From an uncultured archaeon (GTDB lineage: Archaea; Asgardarchaeota; Lokiarchaeia; Sigyniarchaeales; SOKP01): DNA of 64,000 bases. The position numbers and the translations under genes were made by a program. The notes under the pieces were generated by a model. It was not told the origin of the DNA and did not search any database. It was given only the letters and a program-made list of their open reading frames with translations. Within the stretch, counting starts at the first letter, position 1. Each line of letters begins with the position of its first letter. Positions 49,601-58,458 of this stretch are shown one piece after another. The stretch spans positions 744,242 through 808,241 of the forward strand of contig CAZALK010000001.1 of assembly GCA_964486045.1 (NCBI GenBank). Direction: 5' to 3'.

Positions 49601-52600
49601 TTAAAATTACCTTTTTCCAAATGAGATTGTGCTATTTCTAATATGTTGAAGGCTTTCTCTTTCTTCTGTTCAGTTATTAGTCTAATGTCTTCCTGTTTTT
49701 TCAGTTTTTCCTGCTTTTCAATCATTTTTTGCTGTTCTATTCTAACTTTTTCAACAATTTGTTGTTGAAATATCAACTCCTCCTGTTCCTTCCTAGTCTC
49801 TAGCTCCAATTGCGTTATAATGTTTAACTCCTCGGTTCTCCTTTTTTCCTGAATTTTCTGAATCATTCCTTGTATAATTTCAGCTGGAAAACCAATTTCA
49901 TTTAGCAACAATTCAGCCTGTCGATATTTTTTTATTGATTGGTCATATTTACCTTGGTTCAATAAATTTTCTGCATTGGTCATAATTCCAAATGCTTCTG
50001 ATTTACGAGTTTCAATGCTTGATAATGTTATCTCGCGTTTTTGTAGTAGAATTTCTTTAGATTTAATTTTTTCTTGTTCTTTTTTCAAATAATCGGCTAT
50101 TTTTGCTTGAAATTGCTCTTCTTCTTTCTGATGATTCAAAGCTAATTTAAATTCAGTTTGGTGTGCTTTTTCTTTTTCTGACTTCCTCTCTTGTATAGTG
50201 CCAATCGTATCATTTAAGATTTTTAAGTAGTGTGTTCCCCACCCAATTTTATTTAATAATTCTATGGCTTCACGATAATTTTTTAAGGCTTCATCATAGT
50301 TTTCTTCGATAAGTAACGCTTCTCCTGCTTCAATCAGTTTAAACGCTTCTTGTTCTTGAGTTAAATTCTGATCAGATATAAATTTCTCCCGTTCCAGGAA
50401 TTTAAACTCCTTTATAGCATCCATCCTTTCTCTTTCTCTATGATATTTAACTTGCTCTACAAAAGCCCTTTCCTTAACCTCCTTCTTAATAGCTTTTCGT
50501 AACTGCTTTTGTTTATATAATATTCTTTCTTTCTTTTTCTTCTCAATATCTTGTATTGCTTGTGTTAATAATGGAATCTCATCTACCCATTGAATTTGGG
50601 TAAATATGCTTATTACTTTATGATAATTTTCAAGAACTTCATCGTAATTTCCTTGCGAAACTAATATTTGAGCATTTTCTAACAAATTAAACGTTTCTTT
50701 TTTTCTTTCTTCACGATAAGCAAGTTCTTTTTCTCTTTCTCTATGTATAATCTCTTTTTGTTTTAATTTATCTTGGTGTGATTTTAACTCTTTTGTTAGC
50801 TGTTCTTGAAAATTTTTTTCTTGCTTATCTCTTTCTAAGTCTGCTTGTATTTTGATCTGCTCCTGTAATGCTGCTTCTCGTTTTTTATTTTCAATTTCTA
50901 TTATTGAATTTTGAATTAAGCTAATTTCATCTTTCCATTGAGCATCAGCAAAGAAGTTAATAGAGTATTGCAATATTTCGATAGATTCGTCATATTTTCC
51001 TTTAGATGCTTCTTCTTTTGCTTGTTCAAGTAACTTAAATCCTGCTTTCCTTCTTTCTTCTTGATATTCTAAATCTTCTGCTCGTTCTTTTAATTCAATC
51101 TCTTTTTTCTTTATTTTTTCACGTTCTTGTTGTAAATTTTTAATAATTTGCATTTGAAAAGCGTCTTCTTCCCTCTGTCTTTCAATGGCTTCCTGCACCT
51201 GTTTTTGTTCTATTAATTTTTGATTTTTTCGTAACTCTTCAACTTCTAAAATTGAATTTTCAATTACTGCTATTTCATCTTTCCACTGAATTTCTGCAAA
51301 AATATTTCCTGCATTTTGATATGCTATAATTGTATTTTCATATTCTCCCTTTTTTATGAAATTGAGAGCAGAATCTAAATATTCGAATGCAACCTTTTTT
51401 CTCTGCTGAAAATAAATCAATTCTTTTTCTTTATCCTTTAATATAATCTCTTTTTGTTTTATACGCTTACGTTCCTTGTTTAACTGATTAACAATCTGAA
51501 TTTGAAATTCTAATTCTGATTTTTCTCGCTCCTCTAATTTCTGCTGAACTTCATATTGTTTCTTAAATTGTGAATTTTTAATTTTTTTGACATTTGAAAT
51601 CGTGTTATTGATTGTAGAAATATATGTTTCCCATCCAGGTCCTAAGTTTTCAATTAGATTTAGAGCTTCATTGTATTCACTAATGGCATCGTCATAATGT
51701 TTTGCTCGTAAGATGGTATCAGCATTACTTAAAATATTAAATAGTTCTTTCTCCTTCTTAGCTTCTCCAATTCTTTTTTCTTCATGCAGACTTCTTCTCG
51801 AATCTAGTTCCTTAGCTGATTCTAATATTTGCTCTTGTTGTTTTCTAGATATAGATTTCTGAAGATTTTTTAAATCTCTTTCCCTCCTTTGTCTCAACAA
51901 TACTGCATTCTTTTCTCGATCCTTCTTCTTTGTTATGTCTTCTATTAAATTAATAATTGGATGGATATATGAATCCCAATCTATGGATTTAAATAATTCA
52001 ATGGCGTTCTCAAATTTTTGAATAGCTTGATCATAATTTTTCTCCATTTCGAGTCGTTTACCAATATCTATGAGATTAAATGCATCATTTTGAATAGCTT
52101 CCTCTTTTTTCTTTTTTTCTTCAAATTTAATTAACCTTTCTTTCCCTAACTCCGATTCGGATTGTTTAGTTTTCTCCACAATAATTTTTCCTTCTATTTC
52201 GGTAACTGCTTGTTTCTGCTGAGATTGGAATTTTTCAAATTGATCTTTGTCTTTTTTAAGCTTTTCAATAATAACATTTATTTTTTTAGTTTGTTCATTC
52301 CAACCAATCGAATTCAACAATTCTATAGCTCTTTCATAATTCATTATCGCTTGATCATATTTTCTTTCTTTTTCAAAGATTTTTGCTTTATCAATATGAG
52401 CAAATGCATGGTCTTGTTTTTCTTCTTCTTGTTTTTTCCTTGATCTATATCGAGCTATAGATTCCGCTTTATCAACGCTTGTTTTTTGCCCGAACATATC
52501 CACAATTTCAATGTTTTTATCCTCTAATCCCTTTAGATATTCCTCAGATTGACTCAAGTCTTGAGGTTGTTTCAATTTCGTTAGTTGTTCTCTTTTTGAA

Positions 52601-53019
52601 ACCTCACTAAGATTTTTAATTTTTAATATAACATTTTCTAATTGACCCTCGGACCAACCAGATTGAGATAATAAATTAATAGCAGATAAATATTGCTTAA
52701 TAGATTCTTCAAAAAAACCATCAGATTCTAATTTTTTAGCACCTTCTAATAAAGCGAATGCTTGGTCTTGTAATTGCTCTGCTTGAGCTCTTATCTGAGT
52801 CTGTTGGTATATTTTCTCTTGTTTCAAAGAATTTTTTAGTTCATCTATTCTGTCATAGATATCATTAACTCTATGCATTAAATATCCGCTTTGCTTTAGG
52901 AACTCTACAGCATTTTCATAGTTTGATATTGCTTGTTTTGGATTTTTCTCTTCTTCAAATTTTTGAGCAAGTTCTAAAAATTTAATAGCTTCTTTAGCTA
53001 ACTCTTCTGGATTTTGCAT
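46654..53019 (-). CDS. Giant 2121-aa repeat protein: 18 TPR/MIT-like helical units separated by E/K/R/Q-rich helices
   Basis: Recurring AFxLLxxA...YDxAIxxYxxA...I[GQ][WF] unit about every 115-120 aa. Confidence 0.85.
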   Translation of the reverse strand: MQNPEELAKEAIKFLELAQKFEEEKNPKQAISNYENAVEFLKQSGYLMHRVNDIYDRIDELKNSLKQEKIYQQTQIRAQAEQLQDQAFALLEGAKKLESDGFFEESIKQYLSAINLLSQSGWSEGQLENVILKIKNLSEVSKREQLTKLKQPQDLSQSEEYLKGLEDKNIEIVDMFGQKTSVDKAESIARYRSRKKQEEEKQDHAFAHIDKAKIFEKERKYDQAIMNYERAIELLNSIGWNEQTKKINVIIEKLKKDKDQFEKFQSQQKQAVTEIEGKIIVEKTKQSESELGKERLIKFEEKKKKEEAIQNDAFNLIDIGKRLEMEKNYDQAIQKFENAIELFKSIDWDSYIHPIINLIEDITKKKDREKNAVLLRQRRERDLKNLQKSISRKQQEQILESAKELDSRRSLHEEKRIGEAKKEKELFNILSNADTILRAKHYDDAISEYNEALNLIENLGPGWETYISTINNTISNVKKIKNSQFKKQYEVQQKLEEREKSELEFQIQIVNQLNKERKRIKQKEIILKDKEKELIYFQQRKKVAFEYLDSALNFIKKGEYENTIIAYQNAGNIFAEIQWKDEIAVIENSILEVEELRKNQKLIEQKQVQEAIERQREEDAFQMQIIKNLQQEREKIKKKEIELKERAEDLEYQEERRKAGFKLLEQAKEEASKGKYDESIEILQYSINFFADAQWKDEISLIQNSIIEIENKKREAALQEQIKIQADLERDKQEKNFQEQLTKELKSHQDKLKQKEIIHREREKELAYREERKKETFNLLENAQILVSQGNYDEVLENYHKVISIFTQIQWVDEIPLLTQAIQDIEKKKKERILYKQKQLRKAIKKEVKERAFVEQVKYHRERERMDAIKEFKFLEREKFISDQNLTQEQEAFKLIEAGEALLIEENYDEALKNYREAIELLNKIGWGTHYLKILNDTIGTIQERKSEKEKAHQTEFKLALNHQKEEEQFQAKIADYLKKEQEKIKSKEILLQKREITLSSIETRKSEAFGIMTNAENLLNQGKYDQSIKKYRQAELLLNEIGFPAEIIQGMIQKIQEKRRTEELNIITQLELETRKEQEELIFQQQIVEKVRIEQQKMIEKQEKLKKQEDIRLITEQKKEKAFNILEIAQSHLEKGNFNEVLKLYQNATVLFEEIEWGDEIKLIENAINVIEERKRKAELKKQRDLSEVLEQEKLEKSFQEQISKEIRIQQEDLKHKQIVLRNREKELAYREKQKEYAFKLLDDAQIFLSQTNYDKALEIYFEVTNIFAQIQWIDEIPIIQETILGIQSKKRENDLLKQRSLEKAIEDDKARFDFLEKIDQQQQREKEIAIKEVQFRERKKLTSTQNLIKQEEAFKLIEDGDRLLKDNNFDNALTKYNNSIVILTEIGWTGEYLKLFYETIDIINDRKREIEKKKEREQHLLSEQQKEEEKFQASINRNIQREKERLRKQQIEILKREDLSNLLEHQKTKAFSLMDDAEKDLIKGQYEEAIDKYRQAELFLSEIGFPSGAVKEMIYKVHDRNRENKLRKQKHLEILLQKKREEGEFQQKIREGIKISELKTKTKQIEYEKQRERHQYNEKRRNEAFNFLEVAENYLNQAQYDKALKYYYSAEIILNEIRFPTEGIREMIQKVLERKNESQLQKQKTFEFYLQKDKDEWKLQQKVTEIAKVERERLLAKKIQLEESDRRKSMMEERKQQAFKILNKAESHLKQTQYQHAIEMYRKAELILNEINFPTDSINTMVTKVKLIMKEKEKTEELKFQRELEKIQEEKDLQLLIEERQRLEREKKKAHLLVVQEREKVIQKQMNIRESAYSFLEEAGKYLKQSIPDYDKAISLYILARNILEENIGWEPEINNLNALIRDLQQEQTNYYEKKQLEEVAQIERQKEYEIFQEEVRLRRLEQEKLKREQERQYRALLLTKRRSDQTKDEGLRLIDEGKKKAAYHDFKKANDNYDQAILKFEEIGWHEEIKYIETEIKNMKVMEERVKAEEIRINEIQEQLERQRKREEDRIKTEELKLKGTIGEVRQSADEITRLIEERRLNKKLIEEQEKIKILEESKDFRIKVGELIKIKEELIHELGKREEDEAGFKEKLQKSKEREEVNNLKRLIKEAGEKKKK

Positions 53020-53208
53020 TTTAAATGAATCTATTTAATTGTAATTTGAATTAAGAAATAACAATAATTTCTCTTACTTTAATGTATCCCAACTAAGTAA
53101 TTAAACTTTTTATATGGTGATAATTATGTTAACTAAAATATAGAGTACGCTAATTGTTTTTGGAGTTACTCTTAGAAAGAATTTAAAATTATTTAAAAAA
53201 ATAAATTT

Positions 53209-55179
53209 ATGGTAAAAAACGAAATGGATTTAAAAAATAAGAATATCCTTATTGATTTTGAGCCAATTTCAAGAAGAGTTTTACTTACAAACGATATATC
53301 AATCTATGATCTTCTTTCAGAATTGAGCATCCGAATAAGATCAATATGCGGTGGTGCAGGTACATGTGGAAAATGTAGAATTTTAATCCAAAAAGGTAAA
53401 GAATATTTAATTCCTCCAGGTAAAACTGAGAAAAATTTCTTAGATCAAGGAGAATTGAAAGAAGGATGGCGTTTAGCTTGCCAATCTAAAATAGATATGA
53501 GAAAACTTCATTCCCTAGAAAAAGTTACTACACCACAATTTCGAATATTCCTACCAAATGAGTTAATCCTTGAGGAATTTAATATCCTTACTTCTGGAAT
53601 GAATAATGAGGTAAGATTATTTCCCATGGTTAAGAAATATTATCTTGAAGTAAATAGACCTTCTTTAAAGGATCCAAAAGCGGATGTTGAAAGAATTATC
53701 ACTAAACTCCTTTCAGTGGATGAGGATTTAAGGAATATAAATCAAATTAATGTCGATTTCAAATTGTTAGATGTAATACCTAAATTATTAAGGGAAAATA
53801 ATCATAAAATAACAATTGCGTTATGGAATAATAATACTATAATAGCATGTGAGCCGGGAAACACGGCTAATGACAATTATGGAGTTGCATTTGATATCGG
53901 AACCACAACAGTAGTAGGATATTTACTTAATCTAAATAGCGGCAAAATCCATGCTTTAAGTTCATGTTTAAACAGCCAGACTGCGTATGGGGAGGATCTA
54001 ATAACTCGAATAACTCTCATAAAAAATGATAAAAAGAATCTTGATGTACTAAACTCCACCATAATTTCTGATATGAATGAAATCCTCTCGAAAGTATGTA
54101 TTAATGCCAGCGTTGACTCCTCTCAAATTTACGAAGCGAGCATTGTGGGAAATTCAGTAATGCACCACATTCTTTTAGGAATAGACCCTATTAACATTGG
54201 ATTAAGCCCATTTATTCCTGTGATACAAAAAGGTTTGAATGTAAAAGCTGAAAAACTAAACATCAACATTCTTAAAAATGGAAACATTTACACTGCTCCA
54301 ATTATCTCTGGCTTTGTGGGAGCTGATACCATAGGTGTAATTTTATCTTCAAAAATATACGAAAAAAAAGACCTAACTCTAATTATTGATATTGGAACTA
54401 ATGGGGAGATCATTATTGGGAACCGTAAAATTTTAGCAGTTGGATCATGCGCTGCAGGTTCAGCATTAGAAGGTGCTCATATAAGTAGTGGTATGAGAGC
54501 AGCTGCAGGTGCAATTGACACTTTAAAAATAATACCCGAAACTTTTGAAGTTAATTTTTCAACAATAAAAAAGAGAAAACCATTGGGAATTTGTGGATCT
54601 GGGTTGGTTGATGCTGTATCCGAAATGTTACGATCAAAAATTCTTACTCGGAGTGGTAATTTTAATAAAGAATTCCTTAATCATGAGAGAATTAATAAAA
54701 CAGAAAAAAAAACTGAATTTATTATAGTTAAAAAAAATGAAACTTCTCTCGGTAAAAACATAACTATCACTCAAAAGGATATAAGACAAATTCAAATGGC
54801 AAAAGCAGCATTTTATTCTGGAATGAGGCTAATTTTAAAACATTTGGGTGAAAAATTAGTACTAAAACAAGTATATTTAGCAGGAGCTTTTGGAAATTAT
54901 ATTAACAAGGGAAATGCCAAATTTATTGGAATGATACCTGATATTCCGGATAATAAAATATACCAGATAGGCAACGCAGCTGGAATTGGTGCTCAACATT
55001 GTTTGTTAAACAAGACTTTAAGAGTTAAAGCTAAAAATTTACTAAAGGAAATTCAATATATCGAAATTGCTGTAAAGGAAGATTTTCAAAAAGAATTCGC
55101 CGAAGCTATGTATTTTCCTCACTTGAATCTAGATTTATTTTCCAGCTTGAAAGAGTATGAAGAAATCCCAAAAAGATAA
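53209..55179 (+). CDS. ASKHA-type reductive activator of corrinoid proteins (RACo/AcsV-like) with N-terminal 2Fe-2S domain
   Basis: CGGAGTCGKC...RLACQ, AFDIGTTT, GFVGAD, DIGTNGE, GICGSG, LAGAFG and GNAAG. Confidence 0.92.
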   Translation: MVKNEMDLKNKNILIDFEPISRRVLLTNDISIYDLLSELSIRIRSICGGAGTCGKCRILIQKGKEYLIPPGKTEKNFLDQGELKEGWRLACQSKIDMRKLHSLEKVTTPQFRIFLPNELILEEFNILTSGMNNEVRLFPMVKKYYLEVNRPSLKDPKADVERIITKLLSVDEDLRNINQINVDFKLLDVIPKLLRENNHKITIALWNNNTIIACEPGNTANDNYGVAFDIGTTTVVGYLLNLNSGKIHALSSCLNSQTAYGEDLITRITLIKNDKKNLDVLNSTIISDMNEILSKVCINASVDSSQIYEASIVGNSVMHHILLGIDPINIGLSPFIPVIQKGLNVKAEKLNINILKNGNIYTAPIISGFVGADTIGVILSSKIYEKKDLTLIIDIGTNGEIIIGNRKILAVGSCAAGSALEGAHISSGMRAAAGAIDTLKIIPETFEVNFSTIKKRKPLGICGSGLVDAVSEMLRSKILTRSGNFNKEFLNHERINKTEKKTEFIIVKKNETSLGKNITITQKDIRQIQMAKAAFYSGMRLILKHLGEKLVLKQVYLAGAFGNYINKGNAKFIGMIPDIPDNKIYQIGNAAGIGAQHCLLNKTLRVKAKNLLKEIQYIEIAVKEDFQKEFAEAMYFPHLNLDLFSSLKEYEEIPKR

Positions 55180-55441
55180 AATAATGCCTAAAAAATAGCA
55201 TTGCCTTAATTGTATTATTATTATCTCTGAATCACAATATTGTATAAATTAGAATTAGAATGACTAAAATTGTGTTTAAGTTTTTGTGAATATATTTATA
55301 TTTTGAACATATTAAATCTATAATTTAATTTGTATTAATAAATTAAATAAACTATTAAATATCATAATTTTAATATTAATTTATATAAAAAACAAAATAA
55401 TTAATAATAAAAATCAAAAAAGGCGACGTGAGTAGACCTTA

Positions 55442-55966
55442 ATGTCAAGTTTTAAACTGAAAGTATTACTTACTGGCGCGGCTGCCGTCGGTAAGACAAG
55501 TCTGGTTCAAAGATTCATCAAAAAAAGATTCCAAGCTAATTACAAATTAACAGTCGGAGTTGACATTTTGACTAAGGATGTAGAATTCAGACCTGGGGAA
55601 ATAGCAACTTTAAGTATTTGGGATATAGGAGGTCAACAACGTTTCGAATTTATACGGAGCACTTTCTATAAAGGAGCTGCAGGAGCATTATTAGTTTTTG
55701 ATTTAACCCGAGAACAAACATATACAGAAACAAGGAAATGGCTCACTGAGATAAAACAATTCGCTGGAGAGTCAATCCCGTTTGTTTTAATTGGAAACAA
55801 AGTGGATTTAGTCGAAGATGTAGGAGAAGTAATAGATAGGGATGAAGTTCGTGCATTTGCAGAAAATGAAGGTAGTATATATATTGAAACATCTGCTAAA
55901 ACGGGAATTAATGTTGATGAAGCTTTCACTGAGCTTACAAGTCGAATTATTGATTTCAGAACATAG
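55442..55966 (+). CDS. Rab-like small GTPase
   Basis: GAAAVGKT, TVGVD, IWDIGGQQRF, FYKGA, GNKVD and ETSAK; no C-terminal prenylation cysteine. Confidence 0.95.
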   Translation: MSSFKLKVLLTGAAAVGKTSLVQRFIKKRFQANYKLTVGVDILTKDVEFRPGEIATLSIWDIGGQQRFEFIRSTFYKGAAGALLVFDLTREQTYTETRKWLTEIKQFAGESIPFVLIGNKVDLVEDVGEVIDRDEVRAFAENEGSIYIETSAKTGINVDEAFTELTSRIIDFRT

Positions 55967-56047
55967 AACCTGTTTTTAAATTCGATTCTCAGAACTAATA
56001 CGCTTAATATCTTATATTTTATTATGTGAAATATTATTTAAATTGGT

Positions 56048-57457
56048 TTAGGATGGAAAATCCTCATATAAATCATTATGAATAACATTTATTGCGTCAA
56101 TTAGTTTTTCTCTCTCAATCACTAATGATAAATTTAACTCATCATAACTTTGAGAAATTGCTTTAACTTTTACATTTTTTTTATCCAATGCACTGAAAAT
56201 TTCTGCCTTTGTTTTAGTTTCAAGGATTTTTAAACCTGTGATATTAATTACGGCAACATCTTCCCATTTAATTTCAAAAAATTCTGAAAAGAACTTTGAG
56301 TTGTTTAATGCTTCTAATGCTTTCTTTGAATCTTCCGCATTGACAATAAATGAAGTGCTTATTTCAGATGAGCTTTGTGCTACTAACGATACACTTATTT
56401 TATTCTTACTCATAGCTTTAAAAATTTTTGCTAAAACTCCAGGGACGTCTACTAAACTGCCAGATATTACATTTATAATCGTTGCAAATTCCACAGCTGA
56501 GATCCCTTTTATTTGTTCCTTATCTGAGTGATCTGAAATTTCTGTAAAATTATCATCTAATGGTTTATTAAAATTTCTAATTTCTAGAGGAATTTTATAC
56601 TTTTCTATCGCTTCTAAACATTTAGGGTGAAGGATCTTTGCCCCAAAGTTAGCAATGTGCTTTGCTTCATCATAATCCAAATTTTTAATAAGGAATGATT
56701 CGGGAACATATTTTGGATTTATAGCCAATAATCCGTCAACATCTTTCCATAAAATAACTTTAATATTTTTATCGTTTCCGATACTGTAAAGAGAATGGGC
56801 GAGGATTGTGGCTGTATAATCTGAGCCCCCTCTTCCTAAGGTTGTAATATAACCAATTTTATTTCTACCAATAAATCCTGTTAAACACATTACTACATCC
56901 TTTTTTGGGTTTTCTAAAAGAGGAAGTAACAGTTTTTGAATCCGAGAATTTGTTAAATCATATAGAGGATATGCATTATTAAATTCATCATTAGTTATGA
57001 TAATTTTATTTGCAGGAATATAAACAGAATCCAAACTACAACTTAAAAGATATTGGTTTAAAATAAATGTCGAAAGAATTTCCCCAAAGCTAAGAACATA
57101 ATCTCTATAATAAGGTTCTAATCCAAATTCTTTTATATCCGCAAACGCATCATCTAATTCACTAAGTTTGATATCAACCCAATCTTTTGCTCTAATATAA
57201 TGTTCAGAATCCTCTTCAAATATTTGTTCGATTATATCCAAATGTTTTTTTTCAATCAAGGATATATTCTGATCAGTTACTTTTACATCTTCTAGTCCCT
57301 GAGCAGTTTTTAAAAGTAAATCTGTTATTCCCTTTAATGCTGAAACAACAAAGATTTTTTTTACATCTTTATAGACGTTTGTAATTGACAAAATTTTTTT
57401 GAATGCTGTTTTATCTGTGAAACAAGAACCTCCGAATTTCATAACAATTATTGGCAT
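56048..57457 (-). CDS. lysC: Aspartate kinase
   Basis: VMKFGGS, VVSA, SFGE, TTLGRGGSDYTA, KDVDG, GAKILHP and two ACT domains. Confidence 0.93.
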   Translation of the reverse strand: MPIIVMKFGGSCFTDKTAFKKILSITNVYKDVKKIFVVSALKGITDLLLKTAQGLEDVKVTDQNISLIEKKHLDIIEQIFEEDSEHYIRAKDWVDIKLSELDDAFADIKEFGLEPYYRDYVLSFGEILSTFILNQYLLSCSLDSVYIPANKIIITNDEFNNAYPLYDLTNSRIQKLLLPLLENPKKDVVMCLTGFIGRNKIGYITTLGRGGSDYTATILAHSLYSIGNDKNIKVILWKDVDGLLAINPKYVPESFLIKNLDYDEAKHIANFGAKILHPKCLEAIEKYKIPLEIRNFNKPLDDNFTEISDHSDKEQIKGISAVEFATIINVISGSLVDVPGVLAKIFKAMSKNKISVSLVAQSSSEISTSFIVNAEDSKKALEALNNSKFFSEFFEIKWEDVAVINITGLKILETKTKAEIFSALDKKNVKVKAISQSYDELNLSLVIEREKLIDAINVIHNDLYEDFPS

Positions 57458-57569
57458 AAGTTTTAAACACCTTTTTGTAATTTTTAATTCTTGTAAATTT
57501 ATATTTTTTCAGCAAAAGTTAATAAATTTTAAAGAAAAAGTAAAATTTCAGACCCGATTCTCAAATAAT

Positions 57570-58442
57570 GTGATTGACTTTCATTTGCATTCAACTAGTT
57601 CTGATGGTTTAGACACACCCTCCCAATTAATAGACAAAGCAATTGAACTTAAATTAAAGGCAATAGCTCTAACCGATCATGATACTATTATTGGATTGGA
57701 AGAATTTTTATCTTATGGAGAGGAAAAAGAATTAATTGCAATACCCGGCTTAGAAATTTCGATTCGACATGAAATTGAGAGAGAATTGATAGATGTTCAT
57801 GTTATTGGATTAAATATAGACTACAAATCCCCACAGCTAATAAAAACAATTGATGATCAAATTAAAGGTCGAATAGAGCAGAAAAAAGCCATCTGTAAGC
57901 GTTTGAGAAATGAGTTAGAATTTGATATCACGTTCGAAGAAGTTAAGAATAACGCAGGTGGAATGATAGTTGGTCGACCTCACATTGTAGAAATCATGAT
58001 TAAAAATAATCCACAATTAATCAAAGGAAAATCTAAGAATGATCTGTTCAAGATGGTTAGTCTTGGCGGTATTGCATATGTTGATCGAGAAGTTGAACTC
58101 AACTTTGAGGAATCAATTGATTTGATTAAAGCCGCTGGAGGTATTCCAATTCTTGCACACCCTGGAATTTATGAAGTGTCAGATCGTGCAAATTTTATTG
58201 AATTTTGTGTTAACACAGGGATTGAAGGAATTGAAGTTGAGTATATATATTCAAAGAACAGACCATATTATGAAACAGATAAAGCCGAATGGGCTCAGGA
58301 GTTTTTCCCAAACTTCTATCGAAAAATCGCTGAAAAATATAATATATTAATGTCTGGTGGTTCAGACTATCATGGAGGGAAAAAAGGGATAAGAATGGGA
58401 GAAGCAAATGTCCCAAATGAATATTTAACAGGGATAATTTAG
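57570..58442 (+). CDS. PHP-domain phosphoesterase (TrpH/YciV-like)
   Basis: IDFHLHSTSSDG, ALTDHD, GRPHI, LAHP and GGSDYHG; GTG 57570 preferred over the long overlapping TTG start. Confidence 0.92.
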   Translation: MIDFHLHSTSSDGLDTPSQLIDKAIELKLKAIALTDHDTIIGLEEFLSYGEEKELIAIPGLEISIRHEIERELIDVHVIGLNIDYKSPQLIKTIDDQIKGRIEQKKAICKRLRNELEFDITFEEVKNNAGGMIVGRPHIVEIMIKNNPQLIKGKSKNDLFKMVSLGGIAYVDREVELNFEESIDLIKAAGGIPILAHPGIYEVSDRANFIEFCVNTGIEGIEVEYIYSKNRPYYETDKAEWAQEFFPNFYRKIAEKYNILMSGGSDYHGGKKGIRMGEANVPNEYLTGII

Positions 58443-58458
58443 GTTAAAGTTGGTGGTC

